Below are positions 12,883 through 23,751 of a stretch of 64,000 nucleotides of DNA, piece by piece; positions within the stretch are counted from its first letter, which is position 1; each line of letters starts with the position of its first letter. A program made the position numbers and the translations under genes. The DNA comes from Pelomyxa schiedti (lineage: Eukaryota; Protista; Evosea), in assembly GCA_020536535.1 (NCBI GenBank), contig JAHLWZ010000824.1, positions 1-64,000 on the forward strand, written 5' to 3'. The notes beneath the pieces were generated by a model. The model was not told the origin of the DNA. It ran no database searches and saw only the letters and a list, made by a program, of their open reading frames with translations.

Positions 12883-13772
12883 ATGAAACGTCGGTTGGTA
12901 ACGGGCTTTTTGCTGGTGTGTCTGTGGGTGGGAATAAGCGAGTGTGTCACAGGGGTGGACATCTCCCTCTACGCGGAAGTTCAACCAAGCGATTGGGAGT
13001 GCTTGTACAAAAACGGGTTCCGATTCGCCACTGTTCAGTGCTGGAACTGCGGGTACTATTTCGGAGAGGACACCGCGTACGCCGTTCAGACCGCGTGGGA
13101 CGCCGGATTCGAGGCTGTGGATGTTTACGTGTTCATGGCTCCAAAGTGCATCCACAATTCAAATGCAACTTTGGTGAGTTTAAAAGTCCACTCTGGGGTG
13201 GAAACACTTACGGAAAAGATATCTAATACTTGGCTCAGGTGGTGGACTGGATATATGGAAATCTTACTGCTCAGGCAATAAATTACGGAAAGATCTGGTT
13301 TGATATTGAAGAGTGCCCTTCAGTAAGTTATTATGTATCTTACTATTTTTCCAACACTCCTTTTTTCCCTAGTCATCTTGCTGGCAATCAACTTCCGCAA
13401 ATGCTCAGTACATGCACGAGGCTGCAAAACGAGCCGATTCTCTAGGAATGACAGTTGGATTCTACTCTTCCGTGTACGAATGGGGAGTGGTGATGGGTAG
13501 TGACGCCTCTTTTTCAAGTTATCTTCAGTGGTATGTAAACTCTGTTTTCTTTTGCACATTTTCACATATGTTCAGGTATGCTCACTGGGATGAGGTAGAA
13601 TTCCACGACAATGGATAAAACTGCTAATTTTGTTTCCTAGAACCCAAGCTTTTCTGACACACCAAAATACAATAACTACGGTGGGTGGGTAACACCTTAC
13701 ATGAAGCAATACTGGGATGCAGGACCCTGTTCTGGCATAGACACTGATGTGAACTATCGTGACAATATTTGA
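12883..13772 (+). CDS. Secreted GH25-type lysozyme (Entamoeba/nematode lys-like)
   Basis: Signal peptide, then GVDIS..DWECL..GFRFATVQCW, TAWDAGFEAVDVYVFM, KIWFDIEE, GFYSSVYEW, WYAHWD and MKQYWDAGPCSGIDTDVNY. Confidence 0.88.
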
Positions 13773-13824
13773 AGTAAAAAACTTTTTCCGTTCTTCCTTA
13801 TCCATCAAAGTTTTGTCTGGGTGA

Positions 13825-15240
13825 TTAATCGCCAAGGAGAAAGGAGTAACAGCTCGCAATGAAATTCATAGAAGATAGAAGCTTGAAGGTGACAATGTGA
13901 AAACCAGATTCCTCGTCAGTAACGTGAATTGCGTTGAGTCCCTCGTTCACCTGGAACAGCAGGCCACCCTCAGTGAAGGTACTACTGCACAGGCAATAGG
14001 AGGAGAGGTACTTTGTTGTCTTGAGGGGGTGTTCTATGTCTTTGAAATCCCACACGTCATAACAGGCACTGTGTCCACCAAGTTCAAAAGAACAGAAGCG
14101 CGACTCGTCCAGCTGTGCTAGTTCGATGTTATTATCCAGAAAATGTTGCTTGCCGGTCCCCTCCTCTATTGCAGCAAAGGTATCACCAAGGCACAGAACC
14201 AGTGAATGAGCTCCGCCTTGTCTGGTCAATCTGCCAACAAATCTGATAAGAGGCCCTGTTTGTACTGTTTGGGGAACAGTTGAGCTCACCACGACCAATT
14301 CACTTGACGAAAAGGTTTGTGCAAGGTCGACCAAAACAAGTAAATTTGTTTTCAAAGGGTCGTCAGAGAATAGAAGTAAGACACAGTCTTCACAGTGGCT
14401 CCCAAACTGAGGACGGCACTGCTTCCATCTCCTCCCTTTGATAACATCAAGTGAAACAACGATCCTGTTGTGGCTTGGTGGGGCCGTTGAAGTCACTGGG
14501 TTCCTTGGGATTTTGACAATTACAATTTCCCTTGGAACCCAGCTACACCACACCAACCATTTGCCATTGAAACGAGGCCACCTTGGCAGTTCCATATTCG
14601 ACGCCCACAGCGATATCTTGGCGCCCGTCACAATGTCCTGCAAGACCGGGATCCACTTCAGCCTCCTACCGAAAGTCTTGAGCCTCATGCACACCAAGTA
14701 GCTGTGACTTGCGCCAAGAACGGACAGGGGCCTAATCGGCGGGATGTGGAGCACGTCGACCCACCACTTCATATCGTGCGTCACTGTCAGCAGCACAAGT
14801 GACACCCCAAACGTGATGACCGTGGTGCCGCGACTACCATCCAGGGTGACACAGAAGAACCTCACCCTGTTCATCAGCCAGTCCCACAGCAGCCTCAACA
14901 CAAGGGTGCCGCCGCCGATCCCGTAATACTCTCTGGACAGCTGCAGCAGCGGGCATCTGGCACCGCAGCGAGGGTGTGTGCCCGCCGCCAGCCCCATCGC
15001 CTGGCACTTTGCTGTGACTCCCTTGTCTGTTGCCTTCCCTGGTGTTTCTAAGGCAAGGGCAAGTGTATCCGAGGCGCGAGGCAACTTGGCGACCACAAGT
15101 CTGCCCAGGCGCCGCCTCCTCGCCGTCGCCTGTGGGTTGCACGCAACAGTGGGAGCCGTGACCGTTGTTGGTGCGTGGGAGTCGACGTTTTGACCACCGG
15201 TATCGCCGTACCCCCTTTTGTGTTGGAGCTGGTCTGTCAT
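13825..15240 (-). CDS. Single-exon uncharacterised protein, 'HPRCG-motif' family member 1
   Basis: 471-aa uninterrupted ORF with QAMGLAAGTHPRCGARCP, NGKW, VDLAQTFSSSEL, VWDF...PL, GLLF and IHVTDEESG. Confidence 0.8.
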   Translation of the reverse strand: MTDQLQHKRGYGDTGGQNVDSHAPTTVTAPTVACNPQATARRRRLGRLVVAKLPRASDTLALALETPGKATDKGVTAKCQAMGLAAGTHPRCGARCPLLQLSREYYGIGGGTLVLRLLWDWLMNRVRFFCVTLDGSRGTTVITFGVSLVLLTVTHDMKWWVDVLHIPPIRPLSVLGASHSYLVCMRLKTFGRRLKWIPVLQDIVTGAKISLWASNMELPRWPRFNGKWLVWCSWVPREIVIVKIPRNPVTSTAPPSHNRIVVSLDVIKGRRWKQCRPQFGSHCEDCVLLLFSDDPLKTNLLVLVDLAQTFSSSELVVVSSTVPQTVQTGPLIRFVGRLTRQGGAHSLVLCLGDTFAAIEEGTGKQHFLDNNIELAQLDESRFCSFELGGHSACYDVWDFKDIEHPLKTTKYLSSYCLCSSTFTEGGLLFQVNEGLNAIHVTDEESGFHIVTFKLLSSMNFIASCYSFLLGD

Positions 15241-15267
15241 TACGCCGGACGGGGTGTAACGCGAATT

Positions 15268-15319
15268 GGCTGAATATCAACAGACACCGTTGCGGTCTGT
15301 TGATTATTTTATTCCGCCC
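15268..15319. repeat. Internally deleted variant of inverted-repeat family A
   Basis: GGCTGAATATCAACAGAC-accgttgc-GGTCTGTTGATTATTTTATTCCGCCC, in the short divergent gap between 15240(-) and ~15350(+). Confidence 0.7.
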
Positions 15320-15349
15320 ATTAGAGATGATGCTGCAACGAAAAGCGAA

Positions 15350-16653
15350 ATGCCGTCCCAACAACAAAATAAACCCCAGGTCGTTGCAGATCTATTGTTG
15401 GGTTTGATTCGTCAACATAGATATCTATGCAGGACACATACAGAGACCGGTAACAAACGTGGTAGGAACGATGACGAGCAAATCAGCAGCGGAGACAATA
15501 CTAGTAGTAACTGCGAATCATGCTCAAAGAAACCGCGTGTGGACTTACCTTGTGTTCGCAAACATGACGCGATGGCCCAGGCAACTGTATCGCTTGCCTT
15601 TGCTTACTTGGACAGTTTGGCATTCAAAGCGGAGCAGGTATTTTGAATACTGTTGGAAATAATTCATAACTTAGGTTCACTGTCAAAGAACACGAAGGTG
15701 GTTACAAGCGAAATCGAGCAATTGACGGAACTGGAAGGCTATGTGACAAAAAAGATCAAAGACAAGATAGCCGAATTGAAGGAGCAAGCACAGAGAAATC
15801 TAACGGTAGTTCCAATTTAGGCTTTGTTTGTAACACTCAGCTTTTTCTCAGAACTCACTCGAGAAGCTCCTAACCCTCAACGGCACTCAGTTTTCTGAAA
15901 AACAGACAGTAATTCATTCTAACTCCTTTGATGCCCTCATAACTCACTTCCTTGAAGCTCTTGTACCCTAGAGGCTGGATCCTGGAGGAGTTAGATCGTA
16001 CCTTGGAAAACACACTCAGTAACATTTCCATTGTCTCTGGTACGAGTGCCAAGCAAACCCTTTCTCAATTAACACAAATAGGAACACGCATTTTAGACCT
16101 TCCCCACCATATTTTGGTGCATATTGTGGAGTACTTACCCCCCAAATCTGTTCTGGCTGCTCGCTTGGTGTGCCTTGACTTCTGGACTGCTGTATGTGAA
16201 GGTTTGGGTTCCTTTAATGTCACTGAACAATTTAACCGTTCTTAAACAGCCACAAGAACTGAATGTACATTGGAAACGTTGGTTGAGAGATATGGGGAAG
16301 TTTGGCAGCTCATGGATTGCTGCACTGTTAGTACCCCCACGGCAGACTTCTGGTTCCAGGTTACAGTGCAGTCAACCGGCTTCACTGTTAAGTATTGGGC
16401 TGAGGAAATGAAGCTCTATGCACAAGCCAAGCACTTCGCAATAGAGATAACGGACTCACGTCACAAGAAGACTCTGGCACAACAGGAGTTTGTGGCACCA
16501 GCCTCTGAGCAGGCGGAAACAGGCCACGGCACAGTAGATATGATACCCCTGAGTCTGGAGTCCTGGTGCAGCAAAGTACCCAGCAAGTTCCATCTCAGAA
16601 TCGATGTTACAGACCACTTTGCTGAAAACTCCCGCCTCAGACCCCTTGATTGA
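15350..16653 (+). CDS. F-box protein, tandem copy 1
   Basis: F-box ILDLPHHILVHIVEYLPPKSVLAARLVCLDFWTAV. It has an N-terminal coiled region and a C-terminal beta-rich domain ending FHLRIDVTDHFAENSRLRPLD. Confidence 0.75.
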
Positions 16654-16860
16654 TTGATCGGTGGGAAAACACAAAACGGGAAAAACGAAAGATTGGAAGA
16701 AAGAACATTCTGGCAAAAACTGAAAACTGTCACCAGTTCCCAGCAAACTTACAAGTTGTAGTGAAGTGACCTGAATTTTGGATAGATTCTAATCACGCCG
16801 GAGTGTCACAAAAGTGGTATATTTTTTTGGCATTTAGTCATTCTGTAAGCAGCGAGATCT

Positions 16861-17878
16861 ATGCGGGCCTCCAGAGCCAACACAGATCCTTTGCATACAA
16901 ACCAAGCTGGAAACGACAATGAACAAGACAGCAGCCGCATAGTCACTACTACTAACAACAATCCCCCACGATGGCTCCTGAACAGGCCCGTGAGCCGTGC
17001 CCCAAGAAACCACGTGAGGAAGTATCCTTCATTCACTGCCATGATGACGTGGCCAAGTCAACTGTATCACGTGCCTTTGCTTACTTGGATAAACTTGCCT
17101 TTGAGGCCGAAACGGTTAATGGTCAACCTTGTAATTAAATCTAACATGACTTCTCACTTTTCAGAGCACAAGGAGGTTACTAGCGAAATTGAGGAGTTAC
17201 AGGAACTTAAATCACACGTGAATGAAGCTATAGACGTGAAGATAGCTGAATTGAAAAGTAAAGCACAAGGAAATCTCCAGGTATCATCAGAACTGGTTTT
17301 GTTTGGTTAACTCATGAGAAATAGAACTCACTTGAGAAACTCAGGAACCTCAATGGTGTGTTTTCTGAAAAGCAAACAGTAATTCAACTTTATCGTATTT
17401 TTTGCACTGAAGGGATTTTATCCGAAGCTCTTTTACCATAAAGACTGGATACTTAATCAGCTACATCAAGCCTTGAAAAACACCCTCAGTCACATTTTCA
17501 TTGTCAGTGGTATGTGCTCAACAACCCTTTTGAAGTTAACAGAAAATAGGAACTCACATTTTGTCCCTTCCCCACCTCGTTTTGGTGCAAATTGTTGGGT
17601 ATTTACCCCGAGAGTCAATATTGGCTGTCCGCTCCGTGTGCTTTGACTTTTGGAAGGCTGTCTGTGAAGGTTTTTACCCTATTAATTAACAACTGTGACT
17701 GTTAACTTGGTCACAAACAGCGACAAGACATGCCGTTACATTGTGTACTTCTGTTGCAAGGCAGGACAACTCTTGGCTGCTCATTGATTACAACGGTGCA
17801 TGTACTCCAACAGCTGACTTTGTATTCAGTATTAGTGCGGAAACCAAAAATGTTGCGACCCTAAAAAAAGTGCACTGA
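16861..17878 (+). pseudogene. F-box protein, tandem copy 2, 5' part (interrupted)
   Basis: Colinear with copy 1, with equivalent introns (KKPR..RAFAYLDKLAFEAE; ILSLPHLVLVQIVGYLPRESILAVRSVCFDFWKAV; TPTADF). It ends abruptly at ...KK GTG CAC TGA. Confidence 0.75.
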
Positions 17879-17995
17879 CGATTTGTTCCCTGGTGGCGAC
17901 CCCGAACACGACACATTGGACGGAGTAATGGACGCACTCCACAGACAACGAATTGACTACTACTTGAGATACGCCAATGTACGAGAACAATGACA

Positions 17996-19840
17996 TCAAT
18001 TTAAGCGGGATACTTTTACAAGGGCCCCAAATATATCCTCAGGTGTATCTCCACCCCTGTCGGCAGATATTGGAGCAATAAAATTGCTTAAATCTGTTGT
18101 TATCCACAAGATGGAGGGAAAAAAAAATATCTCGAGGAAGGTACCAGTTACACTCTCTGTAAAATCCAGAGTTTGGAATCTGTTCGTGTCAGTAATATCA
18201 CGGTATCCCACAAAGGCGAATCTCTTTGTAGAATTCGGTAGCCGAGCAGATATCTCTGTGGCCAAAGAGTTTACAATAGCTTTGGTGTTGTTCAGCCAGT
18301 GGCTCTTTGAGCCGGTGGCGTTATGAAAAGATAAATTTTGGCATTAGTAACTTACCATGGCAAAAGCAATATCTACTGAGCTGGAGTTGGGAGAAAAAAT
18401 TTGGGCCACAGGCCTGTGACCTGAAAGTGATAAAATGAGAAAAATGGGAAGTATTGAAAGGAATCACTTGGAGAGAAATATATCTGAGTGGGAAAACGAG
18501 CTTCACGACAACACACAAAAACTACTGCAGCTGTCCCACCGTAATTTGATATCCCTAAAAATGCATTACTTAATTGGAGAGTTTCTTGGATGTACCTGAA
18601 GAAACACATTGGGGGAATCAGTGAAGCTCACATCACGACTTTCAGACCACAAAATGGGGATTTGGGCAGTCTCTTGTGTACTTGAAATTGGCTTTGAGAC
18701 TGACCCTATTTTTTTATGATACAGTGGTCAAAGTTTAGTGCATCTCCTGCTCTTATCAGAGTATCAAAAACATTGTCACAGAACTCAACACCTCCAATAA
18801 CGATCTGCTGAAGCCTCCAACAAGAAAAATTCTAGACAGTCCCACAAGCACTGGTGGTAATAACAACTCCCGAGGTGCCATGACTTTTTCAAAGCATGCA
18901 GTAATGAGACTAAGTACTAATGAACCCTGACCCTGGTCGAAGTCTAGCCCTGTATTGGACTGTGTGTTGTAGTGCTGAATCAGATCCAAAATGGGAGTTT
19001 GTGTAGGCCCCCTCCTGTATAGATATCCCGCAATATTAATCGTTACAGACTGCACTGTTTCATTTGGCTTTCTGTTGGCTTTTATCCTCTTTTTCTGGTA
19101 AGTTTCTATCAAGTTGAATTGAGTTACCTCGATTGCCTGCATTATCTCACAAAGAACGTTGGAGGATTGCAGTTGAGTTATTTCATTGGCCCCAAAAAGC
19201 TGTGTGAATTGGATAAATGTTCCAGTTTGAAAAAGGTGCACATACATTCTTGAAAATAGAAGGTTTTATCAGTTCCTTTACTCCATTGGTACCCACAATT
19301 TGATGTACTATTATATCCACAGTACCTCCTCCAGTGTCAATAACCATATCTGGAAACAAGGTAATGCCATCTTAGCCTTACCAAATACATCTTGGGAACC
19401 ATTCCTGTGTTAGTAGTGTAACCTACTTGGAAATCTATGTAGAGGCAAAAAAAATGCTTGAGCTGTTGTTGGGCAACTTTGGGGGTCAAACCAACTCTCT
19501 ACCCAAAAAACACAAGAAAATTCTGGATCTGGTCTGGATGGTGTCAAAATCGTGTCGAATGAGAAGGTAGTACAGAGCTGTGAGCAGTGTTTCCCTTGGT
19601 TCCCAGTGAAAAAGGAGGCTGGGACTGAGGAAACCCAAAAGTGGTGGTAACTGGACGGGTGCCAGAAAAAAAAAGTACAATTTTCTGGCACCCAGACCAG
19701 ATTGTATCATTCTCCTAAATTGATTACAAAAAACCTGTTGGGGTATGTGGTAGTGCATAAGAAGTTGTGGCATGATAGTTTCGAGGTCTAACACATCCAC
19801 AGTCACCATTGTCCCAAAATATAACATTGGCTCCACATTT
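17996..19840 (-). pseudogene. Degraded HSPA12-like (atypical Hsp70) + vWA fusion gene
   Basis: Hsp70 motifs MVIDTGGGTVDIIVHQI (~19270-19350) and IFLVGGFSRS. vWA (vwkA-like) motifs RFAFVGYRD..F..LDFT and GGDTPEDIFGAL. Frames are broken and the gene is truncated at ~17996. Confidence 0.7.
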
Positions 19841-19936
19841 CAACACCCCAAATCCTCTTCCACCAAAGCTTTCTTCTGAAAATTAGAATTCCACAAGGGG
19901 TAATCTCTTCTCTGGTGAAGTAAGACCATACATTTT

Positions 19937-20490
19937 ATGCAACAACTCAGAAAGAGAAGATTGAAGACTGTGCACAAATTGACTGAAGGTGTGCTCAGGG
20001 CAGCTGCTCATTGGTCATATGACCAGCTGAAAGCAGCTGAAAAAAACTGTTATTTCATTCGAGTGTCACTGAGGAGCAGAGTTTATTTTCTGAGTTGTTA
20101 CACAACTTCAGTGCCAAAACCACCAAAAAAGGGTACAACAGTTTTTTTTTTGTTTTAACTGTTTATAGCTATCTGGGGATTTCTCATTTCTCTTCTAAAT
20201 TGCTGGTGACATTACAAGCTGCACTGCATCTCACTGACACAGACCTACAGCTTGCAGGAAAGTCATCTGCAAATGCACAAAAGAAAGCCATCTCTGACTG
20301 GGCTGCAAAAACTGGAAACATGGAAACAACAAAAACAGCAGTGGCTTCTATCAAAGAAAAGCAAGCACAAGCTGTTCCTCAGCACCAGCCACACAAACAC
20401 AGACCTTCAGCTTCACAAGTGGCACCCATTCCCAAGGAGACTGCCACAGCACCTCAGCCAAAACGACCCCGAAAGCGGACCACATGTTAG
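19937..20490 (+). other. Unidentified coding fragment with a basic C-terminal tail
   Basis: Open frames with an intron-like interruption, ending PQPKRPRKRTTC*. No recognisable domain or start. Confidence 0.3.
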
Positions 20491-20671
20491 TAACTGATTT
20501 CGCAGAATGGTACAATCTACAGCGTGGTGTCAAAAACCAAGAAATTGGAGTTATTTGACCCCCAAACTTGAGCAACCCAGGTACGATGCAAAGGAGTTGT
20601 ATGTAGTCAATATTATTTTTTGCACCTATTTTTTTAAAAAAAACCGTTTAATCGTCCTTACTGTCCTGTAG

Positions 20672-23521
20672 GCTTTAGTACCTCACAACGATTTGATGAT
20701 AGTGACGAAGAAGTTCGCGACCAACGTTGACCCGAGACATGGACTATAATACCACCAGATAGACCCAAACCAACACCAGCAGCAGTACCATGTGGTGTTG
20801 TTTTCTCATGGGGTGCTGGTTCTCACGGCCAACTCGGTCACGGTGACTCGGTAGAGAGGCATGTATAGGCTCCTCTTTTGTTAGTATTCTTTATTTTTTA
20901 TTTTTAATTTTTTTTTGGTTGTGGGTGATAGGTACCGGTGTATTGAATCTTTTTTTTTTTTTTTTTTGCTATTTATTTGTATTTTCTCATTTTTTTATGT
21001 ACAGGCAGTGCCCAGCACTTGTTTCTACGTTATTTTCATCTAGGACACCCGCACAAGCTGTATCATGTGGGGGTGCTGTTACTTTGATTTTATCTGCTGC
21101 GGGTGAGGTTTTTTCTTGTGGCGGAGGTGGCAGCAGCGGACCATCACCTACTCCCACTTTCACACCAACTCCTACCCCTTCTGCAACTAAATCCACACCC
21201 CCTACAAAATCCACTCCTGCAACAAAATCGGCACCTAAGAGTGCATCTTCTGCTCAGGCAAACGCTGCAACACCTTGGGCTTGCCAAGAGAAGCCCATCC
21301 CCTGGCCTGTAGTGGGGTATGGTATTACCCCTTGCTTTTGTTGTGCTAATTTCCAATTAGTTTATATGGTCATGTAATAGCTGAAATTGCATGCGGAGGT
21401 ATGCACTGCCTTGCAATTGAGGCATCCCCTGTGAATGATGTGTGGATGTGGGGTGAAATTTGCGGCAAGCCAGTTGCTCCTACTGTTGTTCAATCACTGC
21501 ATCCATCACCAGAAACACTGTCACGTCCTGCCCACATCAGTGCTGGTGGAGCTTTTTCTGTAGTTGTTTGCTCTGATGACAGTGCATTTTCATGGGGCAC
21601 AAATTCCAAAGGGCAATTAGGATTGGGTGACACTAAAGTGCGCTCCTTCTTTTCAGAAACCGAGGATCCAGTCTCAACAATAATAGGATAGAGAAACTCC
21701 TCAGCAAGTAAGGCTTGCCCAGCCAATTAGGAAAGCATCGTGTGGTGGGCAACACGTGGCATATTTGACTGAAATTGGGGCCGTTTTTACTTGTGGTTCA
21801 AATAGGTATATGAGTAAGTGTAATTGGGCGACCGAAGATAACAAATAGGTTCGGACAGCTTGGACTTGGTGATGTGATTGACAGAACAACTCCTCAGCCA
21901 GTTACCTTGACCCCAGGAACCCCTGCCATAGAAATTATTGCTTGTGGTGATAATCACACTCTTCTTGCCACTGTGCCAACCTCCAACGCAATGGGACTCT
22001 ATAACATGGTACTAGCAATGGGAAGAAGAGGGCAGTGCGGCATCAATGTTGACCAAAATATCCTCATTCCAACATGTGTTATTGCAGTACTACTTAGTGG
22101 AATGATAGTTAATGCAGACCACTTGAGACTTTCAATACTGAGTTGTGTGCAAATGCTGACCGGGTTGTATCAATGGCAGGCAATGGAGCATTTAGTGCAG
22201 CACACAGTGCGATAGTTACAGATGCAGGAAGACTGTTACCCTGTGCCTGTTTTGAATTTTAAATTTGACCTATCACAGGTACACTTTTGGATCCAGTAAA
22301 AATGGGCAATGCGGCCAGTTTTTGAAACAAGATTATTCCGTTCCAACCCTTGTTGAGGCGTTTGAAAGGGCTCACACCAACATTAAATCTGTACACCAAT
22401 TCTCAGCAATTCAGCTCACCAAAGTTGTAGGTATCCTGTGGATGGATGCATGCCGCAGCAGTGTCAGGTGGCTCTAGTTCAATGACTAGGATCTCTCATC
22501 AGCAGCAGTTGATTTTTGGAGACTTTTTGCATCCCTGTCGAAGTTATTCGAGATACTTTAGCTTACCTGTGTGCCAAAGCTTGTTCTATTCTAAGTAAAG
22601 GAAAGAAGTAACATTGCACAGGATCTTATTTCCCTTGGTCGAACAAGCAGTGCGTTCAGAGTACTAGCTTCTTCTAACGAACTTTGGAAGAGGCTTTTCC
22701 TCAAGTTCTTCTTTTTTATCTCTCCTTTGTGTGAGTTACTCTTGTAGAGATATTAGATTTCCGCCCAACCTGGAATGGGAAACCAGAGAACTTTCCTCTC
22801 CAAATAGACGGATCTGCAAAATTGCACAAGAATTGATTCCAGAAAACCTGTACTTCACAATTATTGAATAATCTTTTCATTCAAAGCAAATAAGGGCTTC
22901 CGGGTCAAGTTCACTAAAAGACCAAGAGATATGGAAGCTGAGATACCTGATGAACCACCCATCAACTAACCCTTACTATGAGAGGTTGACATCACATCAG
23001 GTCTAGTGACAATTTTAATCAATTTAGATTGAGGAACAGAGATGATGATGAGGCTCGGAGGCCGTCTCTCCTTTCACGAGCTGCGTCGGCCACTGCATCA
23101 ACTATGAAAGCATTTTTACCAAGAAATAAAGAGTATCGTGCTTTAATGGTTGGTGTGTAGTTCCATATCACCATTTTAAACTTTTGACGATTCAAGGTTT
23201 GGATGCTGCTGGAAAAACCACTATTTTGTACAAAGTGAGTATTCTTCCCCATTACAACTGCCAACTGGCAATGATCTAATTTTAATGTTTCAGCTCAAAT
23301 TGGGAGAAGTTGTCACCACAAGTACAGCCCAGCTTCTACCAGACTTACCACAAATAACATCACTTAAGTTCCAACCATTGGGTTTAATGTGGAGACAGTT
23401 ACATACAAAAACGTCAACTTCACAGTTTGGGACACTGGTGGAGGTATTTCCCATTCTTTCTGTTATTGGACATGGAGTAATATGGAAATCAGAGGACAAG
23501 ATACGACCTCTGTGGAGACAT
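20672..23521 (+). pseudogene. RCC1-repeat + F-box + Arf GTPase fusion, disrupted and 3'-truncated
   Basis: RCC1: VFSWGAGSHGQLGHGD, FSWGTNSKGQLGLGD, TFGSSKNGQCG. F-box: IPVEVIRDTLAYL..FRVLASSNELWKRLF. Arf: [58 protein letters not shown], with nothing further. In-frame TGA at ~20728 and an apparent frameshift at ~22525. Confidence 0.8.
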
Positions 23522-23751
23522 GTGCACCCTCATCCAACCTAACAACATTTTGTAACTCTTTGATACCCAACAACAAAAAACCACCACCCACCAAGAACAA
23601 CAAATTCATAATACCACACAAGACCCATTTGAAGTGTGATGCACTGTGGTCAATGACCAATTGTGAAATTAATGATGGACTTTCTTCATTTTATTTTTGT
23701 TCAACCTTGTTATCCATAAACAGTTAGCCACACTAAAACTATGGAGTATTT

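Noticed and set aside
20726-20732. In-frame TGA as selenocysteine, readthrough or an alternative genetic code
   Set aside because: The same gene also has a frameshift and a truncation, and TGA terminates other genes normally (e.g. 13770, 29858).
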